Below are positions 1-12,607 of a stretch of DNA of 64,000 nt, piece by piece. The stretch lies in NCBI GenBank assembly GCA_046757525.1, contig JBHHYI010000001.1, positions 64,001 to 128,000 of the forward strand. The letters are read 5' to 3'. Under the pieces are notes generated by a model. That model was not told where the DNA came from, searched no databases, and worked only from the letters and a program-made list of their open reading frames with translations. Origin of the DNA: a bacterium (lineage in GTDB: Bacteria; Zhuqueibacterota; Zhuqueibacteria; Oceanimicrobiales; Oceanimicrobiaceae). Positions within the stretch are counted from its first letter, which is position 1. Each line of letters starts with the position of its first letter. Position numbers and translations under genes: made by a program.

Positions 1-500
1 CCGGAGGCCGGCTTAATGTGAACAAGGCACTGTCAACCAATCCCATTATTGCCAATACTACCCGGCTGGAGAATACGCTGGACGAAACAGGACCTTATAT
101 AGTCGAGTCGGACATCGTAGACGATGGAAGCATTCAGACGGCCACTCTGACCTACCAGGTCATGGGACAGCAAGCGGTCACGGTGGCGATGACAGCCCTG
201 GGCAGCGACAGCTACCGGGGTGAGATTCCTGGCCAGGCCCTGGGCAGCACCATCACCTATTTTGTAACCGCGTCTGACGGGGATGGCAACCAGGCTCAGG
301 ACCGGTCGTTCAGTTTTTCAATTGCGGAACCCACCAACGGCGGCGGATGTTGCGGCAAGCCTGCAATCGATTTAGCTTTCGAGAACGCAACGCTTCACAC
401 GACGGCAAATGTGTTAGCAAATATTTCGTTTTTCATTTTGCCGTTTGTTGGGTATCAGGTGCATTCCAAACGTCGCAAAAAGAACAAGAATCGCAAGTAG
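1..500 (+). CDS. C-terminal part of a probable S8 (subtilisin-like) serine peptidase with a beta-rich domain and C-terminal membrane anchor (5' truncated)
   Basis: Frame open from the window edge and reads GGRLNVNKAL, the typical end of an S8 catalytic domain. A beta-rich domain follows, then GGGCCG, a hydrophobic segment and a basic tail KRRKKNKNRK. Confidence 0.6.
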   Translation, partial: GGRLNVNKALSTNPIIANTTRLENTLDETGPYIVESDIVDDGSIQTATLTYQVMGQQAVTVAMTALGSDSYRGEIPGQALGSTITYFVTASDGDGNQAQDRSFSFSIAEPTNGGGCCGKPAIDLAFENATLHTTANVLANISFFILPFVGYQVHSKRRKKNKNRK

Positions 501-521
501 ACGTTGTAACAGACATCGTCC

Positions 522-556
522 AAGCCCCCGCTAATCGTCCTGACGGGGGCTTTTTG
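522..556 (+). terminator. Rho-independent terminator
   Basis: AAGCCCCCG...CGGGGGCTT stem followed by a T-run. Confidence 0.8.
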
Positions 557-629
557 CTTTGGAAATTAAATGACGAATGCGCGTGTTCCTGAATAAAACA
601 CCTTCCCGTTGACCCTTGAGGCGCAGCCT

Positions 630-2429
630 ATGAAAGTTCAGACAATGACCAACAATCTGCTGCGTGCCGTCCTGACCGCAGGACTTTTGGGGTTGTTCGT
701 TGCTCCTCTGATAGCTGAGACGCCAAACTTTGGCACGATTTCCTACACCGTTGGAATCGATGAGACAAGTTACGAATTCTTCCGCATAAGAATTGAAGTC
801 AGCCACTTGCCGTCAAAAACCCTGACTTTGCGTATGCCGACGTGGTCGCCTGGCGCTTACCGCATTCGCGATTACTCCAAGAATGTGACAAACTTCAAAG
901 CCTTCGACAAGACCCACGCGCTGCTGAACGTCGAAAGAATTGGCGTGGACAGTTGGCAAGTGAAGCTACAAAGCGATTACGCCCTGGTTGAATACGAGGT
1001 AGAACCTGCTTTTGAATTTTGGTCTGGAAATAGTCTGGATTCGACTCACGCTCTGGTTCAAGGCCCGAGCAGCTTAATGTATTTAGAAGGGTTTGAGTCT
1101 AAACCCTGTTTAATAAAGTTTGAGGTGCCCGACGGGTGGGGGATCGTTTCATCGCTCAATAAGAGCGACAGCTTGAATTATTATGCCGAAAACTACCCGA
1201 TTCTCATCGATTCGCCGGCGCTGTTAGGACGATTCAAACGCTATTCCTTTCGTTTAAACAACGTTCCTTTTTATCTGATTCTTACGGGTGACATTTCGTT
1301 TCAAACAGAACCATTTCTAAAAATGGTGCAAGGAATTTGTGAGTACCAAATTGCGTTTTTTAAAGAGATTCCTTTTGAGAAATATGATTTTTTCTTTACC
1401 TTTTCGCCACGGCAATTCGGTGGCGGACTGGAACATGGGAATTCAACGGTGATTGGTCTCTCGAGTGCCAAAGTGTCCGAAGACATGACCAGGGTAGCAG
1501 AGGTCACGGCGCACGAATTCTTCCACGCCTGGAACGTGAAACGGATTAGACCAAAAGTCTTTAGCGCCAACGATTACACCAAACAGGCGCGCACCAAAGA
1601 CCTCTGGTTTAGCGAGGGGGTAACCAGTTATTACGCTACTTTGACTTTGCTGAGAACTGGAATTTGGGGTGAGAGTCGTTTCCTCGACGAGATGGAACAG
1701 GAAATCGTCCGGCTACAAATGAACCCCGATCGCCACCATTCCAGTGTAGAACTGGCGAGTTGGGCTGTTTGGGAGAGAGGGTTTGACCCTTCATTCATTT
1801 CTTATTACAACAAAGGTCAAATCCTGGGGTTGCTCCTGGATTTGAAAATCAGGGCGATCACCAACAACCGCTTTAGTTTGGACGATGTCATGCGTTTTAT
1901 GAATTGGTGGTTTGCGAAACCCGGCGTTGGATTTGCGGAAGGCGACATCAAGAGAATGGTCAATACGGTTAGTCAAACGGACCTCTCGGGGTTCTTTGAG
2001 AAATACGTCGCCGGCACTGTGGAGCTTCCCTACCAGGAAATATTGGCAGCAGCCGGTTTAACCATTGACCTTACCAGTGATTGGGTTCCCGATATCGGTG
2101 AGTTCCTGCTGGTGGGACCGCGCAACCGGGTCGTCACCGTGGAGGCGAATAGTCCGGCCGAGGCGGCAGGGTTGCGACGGCGGGATTACCTGGTGCAGAT
2201 CGATGATGCCAAAGTTTCGTCGTTAAAGCAGGCGCGGGAAATCGTGCGATCAAAAAAAATCGGGTCCGAGCTGCATCTGAAAGTGTTGCGCAATAATGTC
2301 GAGTTAACCCTGCCGGTTGAGGTCGGTAAGAAAGAAATCGTTACCTGTGAAATCCGGCACGCCGACAATCCCGCGCCTTTGCAGGCGAGGATTTTTGAAG
2401 GGTGGTTAAAGGGGATGACTTGTAATTAG
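630..2429 (+). CDS. M61 family (glycyl aminopeptidase-like) metallopeptidase with PDZ domain, secreted
   Basis: Signal-peptide-like N-terminus, MPTWSPGAY, GGGLEH, HEFFHAWN (HExxH), WFSEGVTSYY, SYYNKG, C-terminal PDZ (SPAEAAGL). Start at 630 or 645. Confidence 0.9.
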   Translation: MKVQTMTNNLLRAVLTAGLLGLFVAPLIAETPNFGTISYTVGIDETSYEFFRIRIEVSHLPSKTLTLRMPTWSPGAYRIRDYSKNVTNFKAFDKTHALLNVERIGVDSWQVKLQSDYALVEYEVEPAFEFWSGNSLDSTHALVQGPSSLMYLEGFESKPCLIKFEVPDGWGIVSSLNKSDSLNYYAENYPILIDSPALLGRFKRYSFRLNNVPFYLILTGDISFQTEPFLKMVQGICEYQIAFFKEIPFEKYDFFFTFSPRQFGGGLEHGNSTVIGLSSAKVSEDMTRVAEVTAHEFFHAWNVKRIRPKVFSANDYTKQARTKDLWFSEGVTSYYATLTLLRTGIWGESRFLDEMEQEIVRLQMNPDRHHSSVELASWAVWERGFDPSFISYYNKGQILGLLLDLKIRAITNNRFSLDDVMRFMNWWFAKPGVGFAEGDIKRMVNTVSQTDLSGFFEKYVAGTVELPYQEILAAAGLTIDLTSDWVPDIGEFLLVGPRNRVVTVEANSPAEAAGLRRRDYLVQIDDAKVSSLKQAREIVRSKKIGSELHLKVLRNNVELTLPVEVGKKEIVTCEIRHADNPAPLQARIFEGWLKGMTCN

Positions 2430-2453
2430 AATCTGTTAACGTGGAGGATTGCC

Positions 2454-3179
2454 ATGTCTGATTCCGTGAGAGTAAAGCCTTACATTCTCAAGATCAAGAA
2501 TTGGAAGATTCGCAACATGATCATGTTGTATCTCGATGCCAGGGAGAAGTTTCTCGCCTACCGCAAGATGATTCGCAGCGGAGCTTTCTTGTCCTTTGAG
2601 CGAATAGAGGAAATCTGCGATATCTTGTTTGAAATAAAAGAGGACCACCATCTTCTGTTCAAGCGCCTTGTGGACCCAAAGAAAAAGAAATTTGAAAAGG
2701 ATCATAAGATCATGCCAGGTGAAGTGGAAACAGAGTTCATGAATAATGTGGGGTTGCTGTTTCACAAGATGATGGTTGCTAAGGAATTCAAATACCTGAT
2801 GGAACGCTATTTGGAGGACAGCGACACCTTCAAGAAAAGCAGCGGTGAATTACAATACCAATTGATGAAGATCGACAAGCTCTTTGACGATGGCATCGAG
2901 ATATTGAAGACCATGATTGCTAAGTATAACGACAACATTTTGTTGCTAACGCTTTTGCTCGAGGATCCAACGAGAACCAGGAAACACTTTGGACAGAACG
3001 TCGCAGAAATCCTCGAGCAATTCGTTGGCGGCCAGGGGCTGGATGAAGTCTATTATTCTGTCGGGAAGTTTTATGTTGAGAGTGGGTGGAAAGAGAAAGC
3101 CAAAAGCATGTTGAAAGAAGCCTTGAGAAGAAATCCTCAGCATCAGCCTGCCAGGCAACAGCTCTCTTATCTGATGTAG
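2454..3179 (+). CDS. Hypothetical helical protein with C-terminal TPR-like repeat
   Basis: 241-aa ORF with GGAGG RBS; C-terminal YYSVGKFY...AKSMLKEALRRNPQH is TPR-like. Confidence 0.7.
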   Translation: MSDSVRVKPYILKIKNWKIRNMIMLYLDAREKFLAYRKMIRSGAFLSFERIEEICDILFEIKEDHHLLFKRLVDPKKKKFEKDHKIMPGEVETEFMNNVGLLFHKMMVAKEFKYLMERYLEDSDTFKKSSGELQYQLMKIDKLFDDGIEILKTMIAKYNDNILLLTLLLEDPTRTRKHFGQNVAEILEQFVGGQGLDEVYYSVGKFYVESGWKEKAKSMLKEALRRNPQHQPARQQLSYLM

Positions 3180-3333
3180 TGACCCCCGTCTGTGCCATTG
3201 CACAAGAAGAGAGTTCCTGTGACTCGACCGCTATCTATTGACTTTTGTCTCCAAATTTGTTTTCTTACTCTAATAAATTGCTGGCGAATCTTGAAAGTCT
3301 TACAGGAAGGAAACGAAAGGTCTTCGTCGATCT

Positions 3334-5556
3334 ATGCAAGAGACTGCGGTTACTAAGGAATTAGCCCTCGCCCATGGGCTGTCGGAAGAGGAGTTTGAAC
3401 GCATCCTCAAGATACTCGACCGGACGCCCACGTTTACCGAGTTAGGCATCTTTTCGGTCATGTGGTCTGAGCACTGCAGCTACAAGAACTCCATCGCTTT
3501 GCTCAAGACCTTGCCTCGCGAAGGCCGCCATCTGCTCGTCAAGGCAGGAGAGGAGAACGCGGGGTTGGTAGACATCGGCGACGGTTTGGCGGTTGCTTTC
3601 AAAATCGAAAGTCACAATCACCCCTCAGCGGTGGAGCCGTATCAGGGGGCAGCCACAGGTGTGGGCGGCATCATGCGTGACATCTTTTCCATGGGAGCGC
3701 GGCCCATTGCTTCGCTCAATTCTCTGCGGTTTGGTTCTTTGGCAGACCCAAAGGTTCGGTATCTGTTCAACGGCGTTGTCAAAGGTATTGGGGATTACGG
3801 CAATTGTTTCGGGGTGCCGACAGTTGCCGGTGAAATCTATTTTGACGAAAGTTTCCAGGGCAATCCTCTGGTCAACTGCATGGCTGTTGGCATCGTAGAA
3901 CATGGGGCCATCGCCCGTGCGATGGCACAGGGTGAAGGGCATTCGGTCATGATCATCGGTTCTGCCACAGGACGGGATGGCATTCATGGAGCTACCTTCG
4001 CCTCGGAGGAAATCGATGCCGGCTCTGAGGCCCGACGCCCTCAGGTGCAGGTCGGCGATCCGTTTACCGAAAAGCTGCTGTTAGAAGCCACATTGGAAAT
4101 GATCGCGAAGGGACTTGTGGTCGGCATTCAAGACATGGGCGCGGCCGGCATTACTTGTTCCACCAGCGAGATGTCAGCCAAAGGCGACGGTGGCATGGTG
4201 GTTGATCTGAACAAGGTTCCTCTGCGCGAAGAAGGCATGAGCGCCTATGAGATCATGCTGTCAGAGTCCCAGGAACGTATGTTGGTGGTAGTCAAGCAAA
4301 GTGACGAAGCGGCGGTTAAGGCTATCTGTGACAAATGGGATTTGAATGCCGAGACCATTGGCAGAGTAACCAAAGATTCCAATATCAAAGTAAAATTGAA
4401 CGGCGCCATAGTGGCCGATATTCCCGCCAGGGTTTTGGTGTTAGGCGGCGGAGCCCCCGTGTACCAAAGAGAAGCCCGACAACCTGACTACATCGCCGCG
4501 GTTCGCAACTTTGATTTTGACTCACTCGCTACGCCTGACGATTACGTAGAAACGCTCGGCAAACTCCTGGCCTCTCCCAACATCGCAAGCAAAGAATGGG
4601 TCACGCAGCAGTACGACCACATGGTGCAGACCAACACCGTGGTGTTTCCAGGCTCAGATGCGGCGGTTGTGCGGATCAAAGGCACCAACCGGGGATTGGC
4701 GTTGAAAACCGACTGCAACAGTCGTTACGTCTATCTAAATCCAAAAAGAGGAGCGATGATTGCGGTAGCAGAATCTGCACGCAATGTGGTGTGCTCAGGT
4801 GCCAAACCTGTGGCCATTACCAACTGTCTGAATTTTGGCAACCCTTACAAACCTGAGTTGTTCTGGCAGTTCAAAGAAGCCGTGGCCGGAATAGCCGAAG
4901 CCTGCACCATTCTGGAAACCCCGGTTACGGGGGGCAATGTTAGCTTTTACAATGAAAATCCGCAAGGTGCCGTGTACCCAACCCCGGTCATTGGCATGCT
5001 CGGTTTAGTCGAGGATTTAAGGCATGTGACCACCGCCTGGTTTAAGGATGAAGGAGATGTCATACTGTTATTGGGAGAAAACCGGGGAGAAGTCGGTGGC
5101 AGCGAATATTTGAAAATTCAGTTCGATAAAGTAGCCGGGGATTGTCCCTCTCTGGTTTTGCCGTTTGAAAAACGGCTGCAATCGGCTTGTTTAGAGGCCA
5201 TCCACCGGGGACTGGTAAAGTCAGCGCATGACGTGTCTGAAGGTGGCCTAACTGTTGCGCTGGCCGAGTGCTGTTTTCTGAATCCCGAACAGAATCTGGG
5301 TGCAAGAATCGAATTGGGTCTACCCGGACGGGTCGACTTCCTGCTTTTTGGCGAGGACCAATCACGAATCGTCCTCTCCGCGGTCAGAGAACAGGTTGAG
5401 GAGCTAAGGAGGCTTTGTGAGGCGCATGAAGTCCCGTTGAGCGTTCTTGGCCAAGTAGGTGGCAAGGCGCTGGTTGTCAATGACCTGATCCAGGTCGATG
5501 TGGACCGTCTCGAGTCGATTTGTCGAATGGCAATCAAGAACAAAATGGAGCACTGA
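3334..5556 (+). CDS. purL: Phosphoribosylformylglycinamidine synthase subunit PurL (small-type)
   Basis: [49 protein letters not shown]. Confidence 0.98.
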   Translation: MQETAVTKELALAHGLSEEEFERILKILDRTPTFTELGIFSVMWSEHCSYKNSIALLKTLPREGRHLLVKAGEENAGLVDIGDGLAVAFKIESHNHPSAVEPYQGAATGVGGIMRDIFSMGARPIASLNSLRFGSLADPKVRYLFNGVVKGIGDYGNCFGVPTVAGEIYFDESFQGNPLVNCMAVGIVEHGAIARAMAQGEGHSVMIIGSATGRDGIHGATFASEEIDAGSEARRPQVQVGDPFTEKLLLEATLEMIAKGLVVGIQDMGAAGITCSTSEMSAKGDGGMVVDLNKVPLREEGMSAYEIMLSESQERMLVVVKQSDEAAVKAICDKWDLNAETIGRVTKDSNIKVKLNGAIVADIPARVLVLGGGAPVYQREARQPDYIAAVRNFDFDSLATPDDYVETLGKLLASPNIASKEWVTQQYDHMVQTNTVVFPGSDAAVVRIKGTNRGLALKTDCNSRYVYLNPKRGAMIAVAESARNVVCSGAKPVAITNCLNFGNPYKPELFWQFKEAVAGIAEACTILETPVTGGNVSFYNENPQGAVYPTPVIGMLGLVEDLRHVTTAWFKDEGDVILLLGENRGEVGGSEYLKIQFDKVAGDCPSLVLPFEKRLQSACLEAIHRGLVKSAHDVSEGGLTVALAECCFLNPEQNLGARIELGLPGRVDFLLFGEDQSRIVLSAVREQVEELRRLCEAHEVPLSVLGQVGGKALVVNDLIQVDVDRLESICRMAIKNKMEH

Positions 5557-5597
5557 AGCCGTTGCAAGCATTTCGAGTTAACCGTTGAGGAGGAAAA

Positions 5598-7400
5598 TTG
5601 AACCCCAAGAGCACTTTGCATCCGAGAGAAATCAAAAACGTGTCCATTAACCACGAGGAGCTTTCGATTGAAAAATTGTTGTCCGTTTCAAGATACTTTG
5701 CCAGAGTGGCGCCCTTCGAGGGGCCGAAACGACAAAAAGTGGATGCTGTGCGGAAATATGTGGAAGAGAACTGGCTCAGTGACTCAGCCCAACCACGCTA
5801 CGGATTCAACACTGGCATCGGTTCTTTGAAAGGCGTCAAGATATCGCAGGACAACATCGAGAAATTTCAGCAGCATTACGTCAAGTCCCACAGCGTGGGC
5901 GTCGGAGAGCCTCTGGCCGTCGAAATCGTACGAGGGGCCATGCTCATTCAGGCCAACGCCCTGTCCATGGGTTTTTCCGGCGTCAGAGCTTTGGTCGTCG
6001 ACAAACTCATCGAGATGCTGAACAAGAAGGTTCATCCGGTGGTGCCGGAGCAAGGCTCTTTGGGAGCCAGCGGCGACCTGGCACCTCTCACACACATAGC
6101 GTCCGTGCTGGTGGGGGAGGACGACGCTGAAATCTGGATCGGCTCCAGGCGCGCGAAAATCAGTGAGCTCACAGAGGCTTCCGGTGCCATTTCGTTCGAG
6201 CAAGAAGGCCGCACCATTTCCTTTGAACCCATTCGGTTGCAGGGCAAAGAGGCGGTGTCCCTTACCAATTCCACGGCAGTCATGCTTGCCGTTGCCGCCC
6301 ATTTGGTCTTTGATGCCGAGGTGGTGTTGAAAAATGCGGACATCTCTGGTGCCTTGAGCCTCGAGGCCATGATGTGCGAAGCCAGCGCCTTTTCCGAGGA
6401 TTTGCACCGACTGAGAAATCAGGTTGGCCAGATTAACACGGCAAAAAACATCAGCGCTCTGGTTCAGAACAGCAAGCGCATGACTTCCGAGGCCCGTCTT
6501 CAGTACTTTCAGACAACGACCGGGAGGCAGTTGAACGAGAAACTGAAAGACTCTCCCCTGAAGGAATTTGTTTCAGAAATTAGCCGGTATAAGAAGGAGC
6601 ATGAGTTTGAGAAGGATCGGATTCAGGATGCCTATTCGCTGCGGTGCATCCCTCAGGTGCATGGTGCTTGCAAGGACGCTTTCAATTACGTTAAGAACAT
6701 CGTAAATCTGGAGTTAAGCGCCGTGACGGATAATCCTGTCATTTTCCCAGAAAGGAGGGAGGATGGGTTTGTGGCCAGAAGCGGCGGCAATTTTCACGGC
6801 GAACCGTTAGCCCTGGCCATGGATTTCCTCAGCATTGCGCTATCCGAAATTGGCAGCATTGCTGAAAGGCGCCTGTTTCGGATGCTGAGTCCCGGCATGA
6901 GCTTTGGCCTGCCGAGAAATCTTTCCGGCGGTGAGGTTGGCGTCAATTCGGGCTACATGATTGTTCAGTACACAGCCGCGCAACTCGTGGCGGAAAACAA
7001 AATCCTGGCTCACCCCGCCAGCGTCGACAGCATTCCGACCTCAGACAACCAGGAAGACCACGTCAGCATGGGGCTCACCGCGGCCAGAAAATGTCTAAGG
7101 ATCGCAAAAAATGTTCAGTACCTGATTGCCATGGAGTACCTTTGTGCGGTGCAGGGGTTGCACCTGAGTGCCCTGGAGGCTTCCGTCAATTTTGAGAAAT
7201 TTCCTCTGGGCGCTGGAACGACCCTGGCATTTGATTTTCTCAGGAATTGGAAGATAAAATCCGGAAACAGCGAAAAATACCCGTTCCAGCTCATGCGGGA
7301 CGATGAATATGTCAAGACAAAAATCGAAATCATGCGAGCGTTGTGTGCCGAAGGCACCATCGTGAATGAAGTTGAAAAAAGGGTTAAACTTTTAGTGTAA
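5598..7400 (+). CDS. hutH: Histidine ammonia-lyase (MIO-dependent aromatic amino-acid lyase) with insertions
   Basis: YGFNTGIG, SH specificity pair (KSHSVG), MIO motif GASGDLAPL, QDAYSLRC, GGNFHGEP, NQEDHVSM; TTG start with GAGGAGG RBS. Confidence 0.88.
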   Translation: MNPKSTLHPREIKNVSINHEELSIEKLLSVSRYFARVAPFEGPKRQKVDAVRKYVEENWLSDSAQPRYGFNTGIGSLKGVKISQDNIEKFQQHYVKSHSVGVGEPLAVEIVRGAMLIQANALSMGFSGVRALVVDKLIEMLNKKVHPVVPEQGSLGASGDLAPLTHIASVLVGEDDAEIWIGSRRAKISELTEASGAISFEQEGRTISFEPIRLQGKEAVSLTNSTAVMLAVAAHLVFDAEVVLKNADISGALSLEAMMCEASAFSEDLHRLRNQVGQINTAKNISALVQNSKRMTSEARLQYFQTTTGRQLNEKLKDSPLKEFVSEISRYKKEHEFEKDRIQDAYSLRCIPQVHGACKDAFNYVKNIVNLELSAVTDNPVIFPERREDGFVARSGGNFHGEPLALAMDFLSIALSEIGSIAERRLFRMLSPGMSFGLPRNLSGGEVGVNSGYMIVQYTAAQLVAENKILAHPASVDSIPTSDNQEDHVSMGLTAARKCLRIAKNVQYLIAMEYLCAVQGLHLSALEASVNFEKFPLGAGTTLAFDFLRNWKIKSGNSEKYPFQLMRDDEYVKTKIEIMRALCAEGTIVNEVEKRVKLLV

Positions 7401-7402
7401 AC

Positions 7403-8803
7403 ATGTCTGCAATAAGGCCCACACTTCCCAAAGGAACCCGAGATTTTTTGCCCGAACAGATGGTTCGGCGGCAATTTGTTTTTGACACCATAAAAACCAT
7501 CTTCGAAAAGTACGGTTACGAACCGCTGGAAACGCCCTCCATTGAGAAGCTCGACGTTCTGTCGGGCAAATATGGGGATGAGGGCGAGCAGTTGCTGTTT
7601 AAAGTGCTGAGACGTGGCACCGGTCTTGAACAGTTGCAGCGCGGTCGGCAGGAATTTGTGGTGAGAGAATATTCTCAACTGGTCGAGGAAGCCCTCAGGT
7701 ACGACCTCACCGTGCCGTTGAGCCGGGTCGTGGCCATGCATCAGAATGAACTCATCTTGCCCTTTAAGCGCTACCAAATCCAGCCGGTTTGGCGGGCGGA
7801 CCGGCCACAGCGGGGCAGGTACCGTGAGTTTTATCAATGCGATATCGACACGGTTGGCACCAAGTCCATGCTTGCTGATGCGGAAGCCATCGCCGTTGTT
7901 CACGAAGTGTTGGCCACGTTGGGGTTCGAAAACTTTTCGATTAGAATCAACAACCGGAAAGTTTTAAACGGGCTGCTCATTCATGCTGGCATTGCCCCCG
8001 AGGCCGGAGACGCCGTTTTTGTTGTCATCGACAAATTGGATAAGATTGGCCTTGCAGGTGTGAAAAGCGAGCTGGAAAAGCTTGGCCTCTCCGGCAAGCA
8101 GGTGGACAAAGTGCTCTCTGTACTGCAGTTGTCCGGGGAAAGCGACTCCGTGTTGTCCGAACTCAAGAGTACATTAAAGGACAGTGAAGCGTTAGCAGAA
8201 GGGGTCGATGAGCTTCGGAAAATCGTTACCTACCTGAACGCAATGGGGATTCCTGAATCCCATTACAAAATCGACCTTTACCTGGTGCGCGGGTTGAGCT
8301 ACTACACCGGCCCAATCCACGAATCCGTCATCGAGGAGCCGAAAATGGGGAGCCTGACCGGTGGCGGCAGGTATGACTGCTTGATCGGGATGTTTCTCGG
8401 TCGCGACATTGCCGCCACTGGAACTGCGTTTGGCGTGGAACGAATTATCGACGTGATGACGCAATTGGAGATGTTTCCGGAATCGCAAAACAGCACCCAG
8501 GTACTGGTGACCCAATTCGACGATTCCACCGTGGAGGCCAGTTTAGGGTACGTGCAATTGCTGCGAGGTGCCGGAATCGCCGCGGAATTCTATTTTGAAG
8601 CTGCCAAAATGAAGAAGCAATTGTCTTACGCCAACAAGAAAGCCATTCCGTATGTGGCGTTCGTCGGCCCTGATGAAGTGACGAAAAATCAAGTGACCCT
8701 CAAAGACATGCGCAGCGGGGACCAGCAGACGTTGGCGGTAACGTCCTCCCTTGAGATGCTGAAAAAGAAGATTTACGGACCTGGAGGGCGAGGTAATCAA
8801 TAA
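7403..8803 (+). CDS. hisS: Histidine--tRNA ligase
   Basis: PKGTRDF, LRYDLTVP, WRADRPQRGRYREFYQCD, VRGLSYYTG, GGGRYD, C-terminal anticodon-binding domain. Confidence 0.97.
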   Translation: MSAIRPTLPKGTRDFLPEQMVRRQFVFDTIKTIFEKYGYEPLETPSIEKLDVLSGKYGDEGEQLLFKVLRRGTGLEQLQRGRQEFVVREYSQLVEEALRYDLTVPLSRVVAMHQNELILPFKRYQIQPVWRADRPQRGRYREFYQCDIDTVGTKSMLADAEAIAVVHEVLATLGFENFSIRINNRKVLNGLLIHAGIAPEAGDAVFVVIDKLDKIGLAGVKSELEKLGLSGKQVDKVLSVLQLSGESDSVLSELKSTLKDSEALAEGVDELRKIVTYLNAMGIPESHYKIDLYLVRGLSYYTGPIHESVIEEPKMGSLTGGGRYDCLIGMFLGRDIAATGTAFGVERIIDVMTQLEMFPESQNSTQVLVTQFDDSTVEASLGYVQLLRGAGIAAEFYFEAAKMKKQLSYANKKAIPYVAFVGPDEVTKNQVTLKDMRSGDQQTLAVTSSLEMLKKKIYGPGGRGNQ

Positions 8804-8804
8804 A

Positions 8805-9035
8805 GGGTAAGGGACTGGCTCTCAAAGGAGCAGTGCAGAGAAGCAGGAGCCAGTCCCCCTTGTTTTTGACCTCCGCAGTGATGCTATGCCATAGGGTTGG
8901 AATGGAGATCAAAACCTTTTAACAAAATTCAGGAATTCCTTTTCCCGTCCGAGAATGAATGTGACGAGGAATTTCTTGCAACTCGTCATATTTTCTACAG
9001 TCAGGCATCCGTGCCTATTTTGTCAAATCCAGTTG
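8805..9035 (-). ncRNA. Candidate sigma54-dependent small RNA (~230 nt)
   Basis: Consensus sigma54 promoter at 9046-9062 (-). Hairpins AGGCA-CGGA-TGCCT and TGACGAG/CTCGTCA, and a terminal 11-bp stem (8811-8821/8847-8857). No convincing ORF. Confidence 0.45.
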
Positions 9036-9045
9036 CCTGTGTCCC

Positions 9046-9062
9046 TGCAAACGCAATGCCAG
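9046..9062 (-). promoter_or_regulatory. Sigma54 (-24/-12) promoter motif
   Basis: Minus strand reads CTGGCATTGCGTTTGCA (GG-N10-GC). An IHF-like site AAACAATATCTTA lies upstream at 9090-9102 (-). Confidence 0.65.
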
Positions 9063-9291
9063 TGTAATCGGCAAGAGAGTAATTGGCATTAAGATATTGT
9101 TTTTATTCAGGAAGATTTTTTAGAAGGACAGGGATTCTCGGTCATTGCCTGGTAGTAGCTGAAACACTGTCTTGCCATGAAACATGGGGTTGTATTTGCA
9201 CGGCTGTCTGATGCTAAACCTATTACCACTTTCGAGGCGCCTATCACAGCCATGGTTTTAGCACTTCAATTCTTACTTCGAGTCCGGACGT

Positions 9292-9612
9292 TCAGGGCTT
9301 GGAATCAGTTAGCTCGGGCTTCTTTTCCAACTGCTCGAATTCATCGCTTGCTTTTTGAAAAACCTGCAACCAGAGCTCCGGGTTCGCGTCAAGATATTGA
9401 ATGGTATTTTCCAACTCTTCGGGGGTAACGTTGAACTGCTTCAGAATTCTCTTTTGGGCTTCCAGAGAATCCGCAGCGGAGTGATATTGGCTTTGTAGAA
9501 CCAATTGGATATAAAGGTCGGTAAATTGATCGAGGTCCAGGATGTCTTCCGGCTTCTGCCTGGAACAGGAAAGCAGAAGCATTATGGCAATAAGTGCTAT
9601 TTGGAGTCTCAT
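9292..9612 (-). CDS. Small lipoprotein, DUF4296-like
   Basis: Lipobox signal MRLQIALIAIMLLLSC; helical body ILKQFNVTPEELENTIQYL...PELW resembles DUF4296. Confidence 0.65.
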   Translation of the reverse strand: MRLQIALIAIMLLLSCSRQKPEDILDLDQFTDLYIQLVLQSQYHSAADSLEAQKRILKQFNVTPEELENTIQYLDANPELWLQVFQKASDEFEQLEKKPELTDSKP

Positions 9613-9748
9613 TTTTTCAACCAAAGCGCTCGTTAGTCAACTACCTAAAGGTATGAAAACATTGAAAGAGTGTCAATAGCTCAGCCAAAATGCTCTTGAC
9701 TTTTTACATAAATTTTGATAATTTGAATTGAAATAAGAAGAATTCCAA

Positions 9749-12264
<2,516 letters not shown>

Positions 12265-12285
12265 CATTTAGAGTAGGAGGGTGGC

Positions 12286-12603
12286 GTGAATTTTGTCTCA
12301 TTATTGTTAATGCTGAGTGGTTCAGGTGGCCAACAAGCAGGCAATCCATTAGCCATGTGGCTACCCATCATCTTAATATTTGTCATCATGTATTTTTTGA
12401 TCTTTCGACCGCAAGCCAAAAAGCAGAAGCAACACCAGGCTATGGTCGATTCTCTCAAGAAAGGCGACAAAGTCATTACAGCGGGAGGTATTTACGGCTC
12501 CATTGCGGGGCTTAAGGAAAAGGAGAAAACGATCATCGTCAAAATCGATGACCATGTGAAAATTGAAGTCTCCCGCAGTTCTATTGCGAAAAAATTGGAG
12601 TGA
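12286..12603 (+). CDS. yajC: Preprotein translocase subunit YajC
   Basis: YFLIFRPQ.KKQK, LKKGDKVITAGGIYG; follows tgt. Confidence 0.95.
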   Translation: MNFVSLLLMLSGSGGQQAGNPLAMWLPIILIFVIMYFLIFRPQAKKQKQHQAMVDSLKKGDKVITAGGIYGSIAGLKEKEKTIIVKIDDHVKIEVSRSSIAKKLE

Positions 12604-12607
12604 GTTG

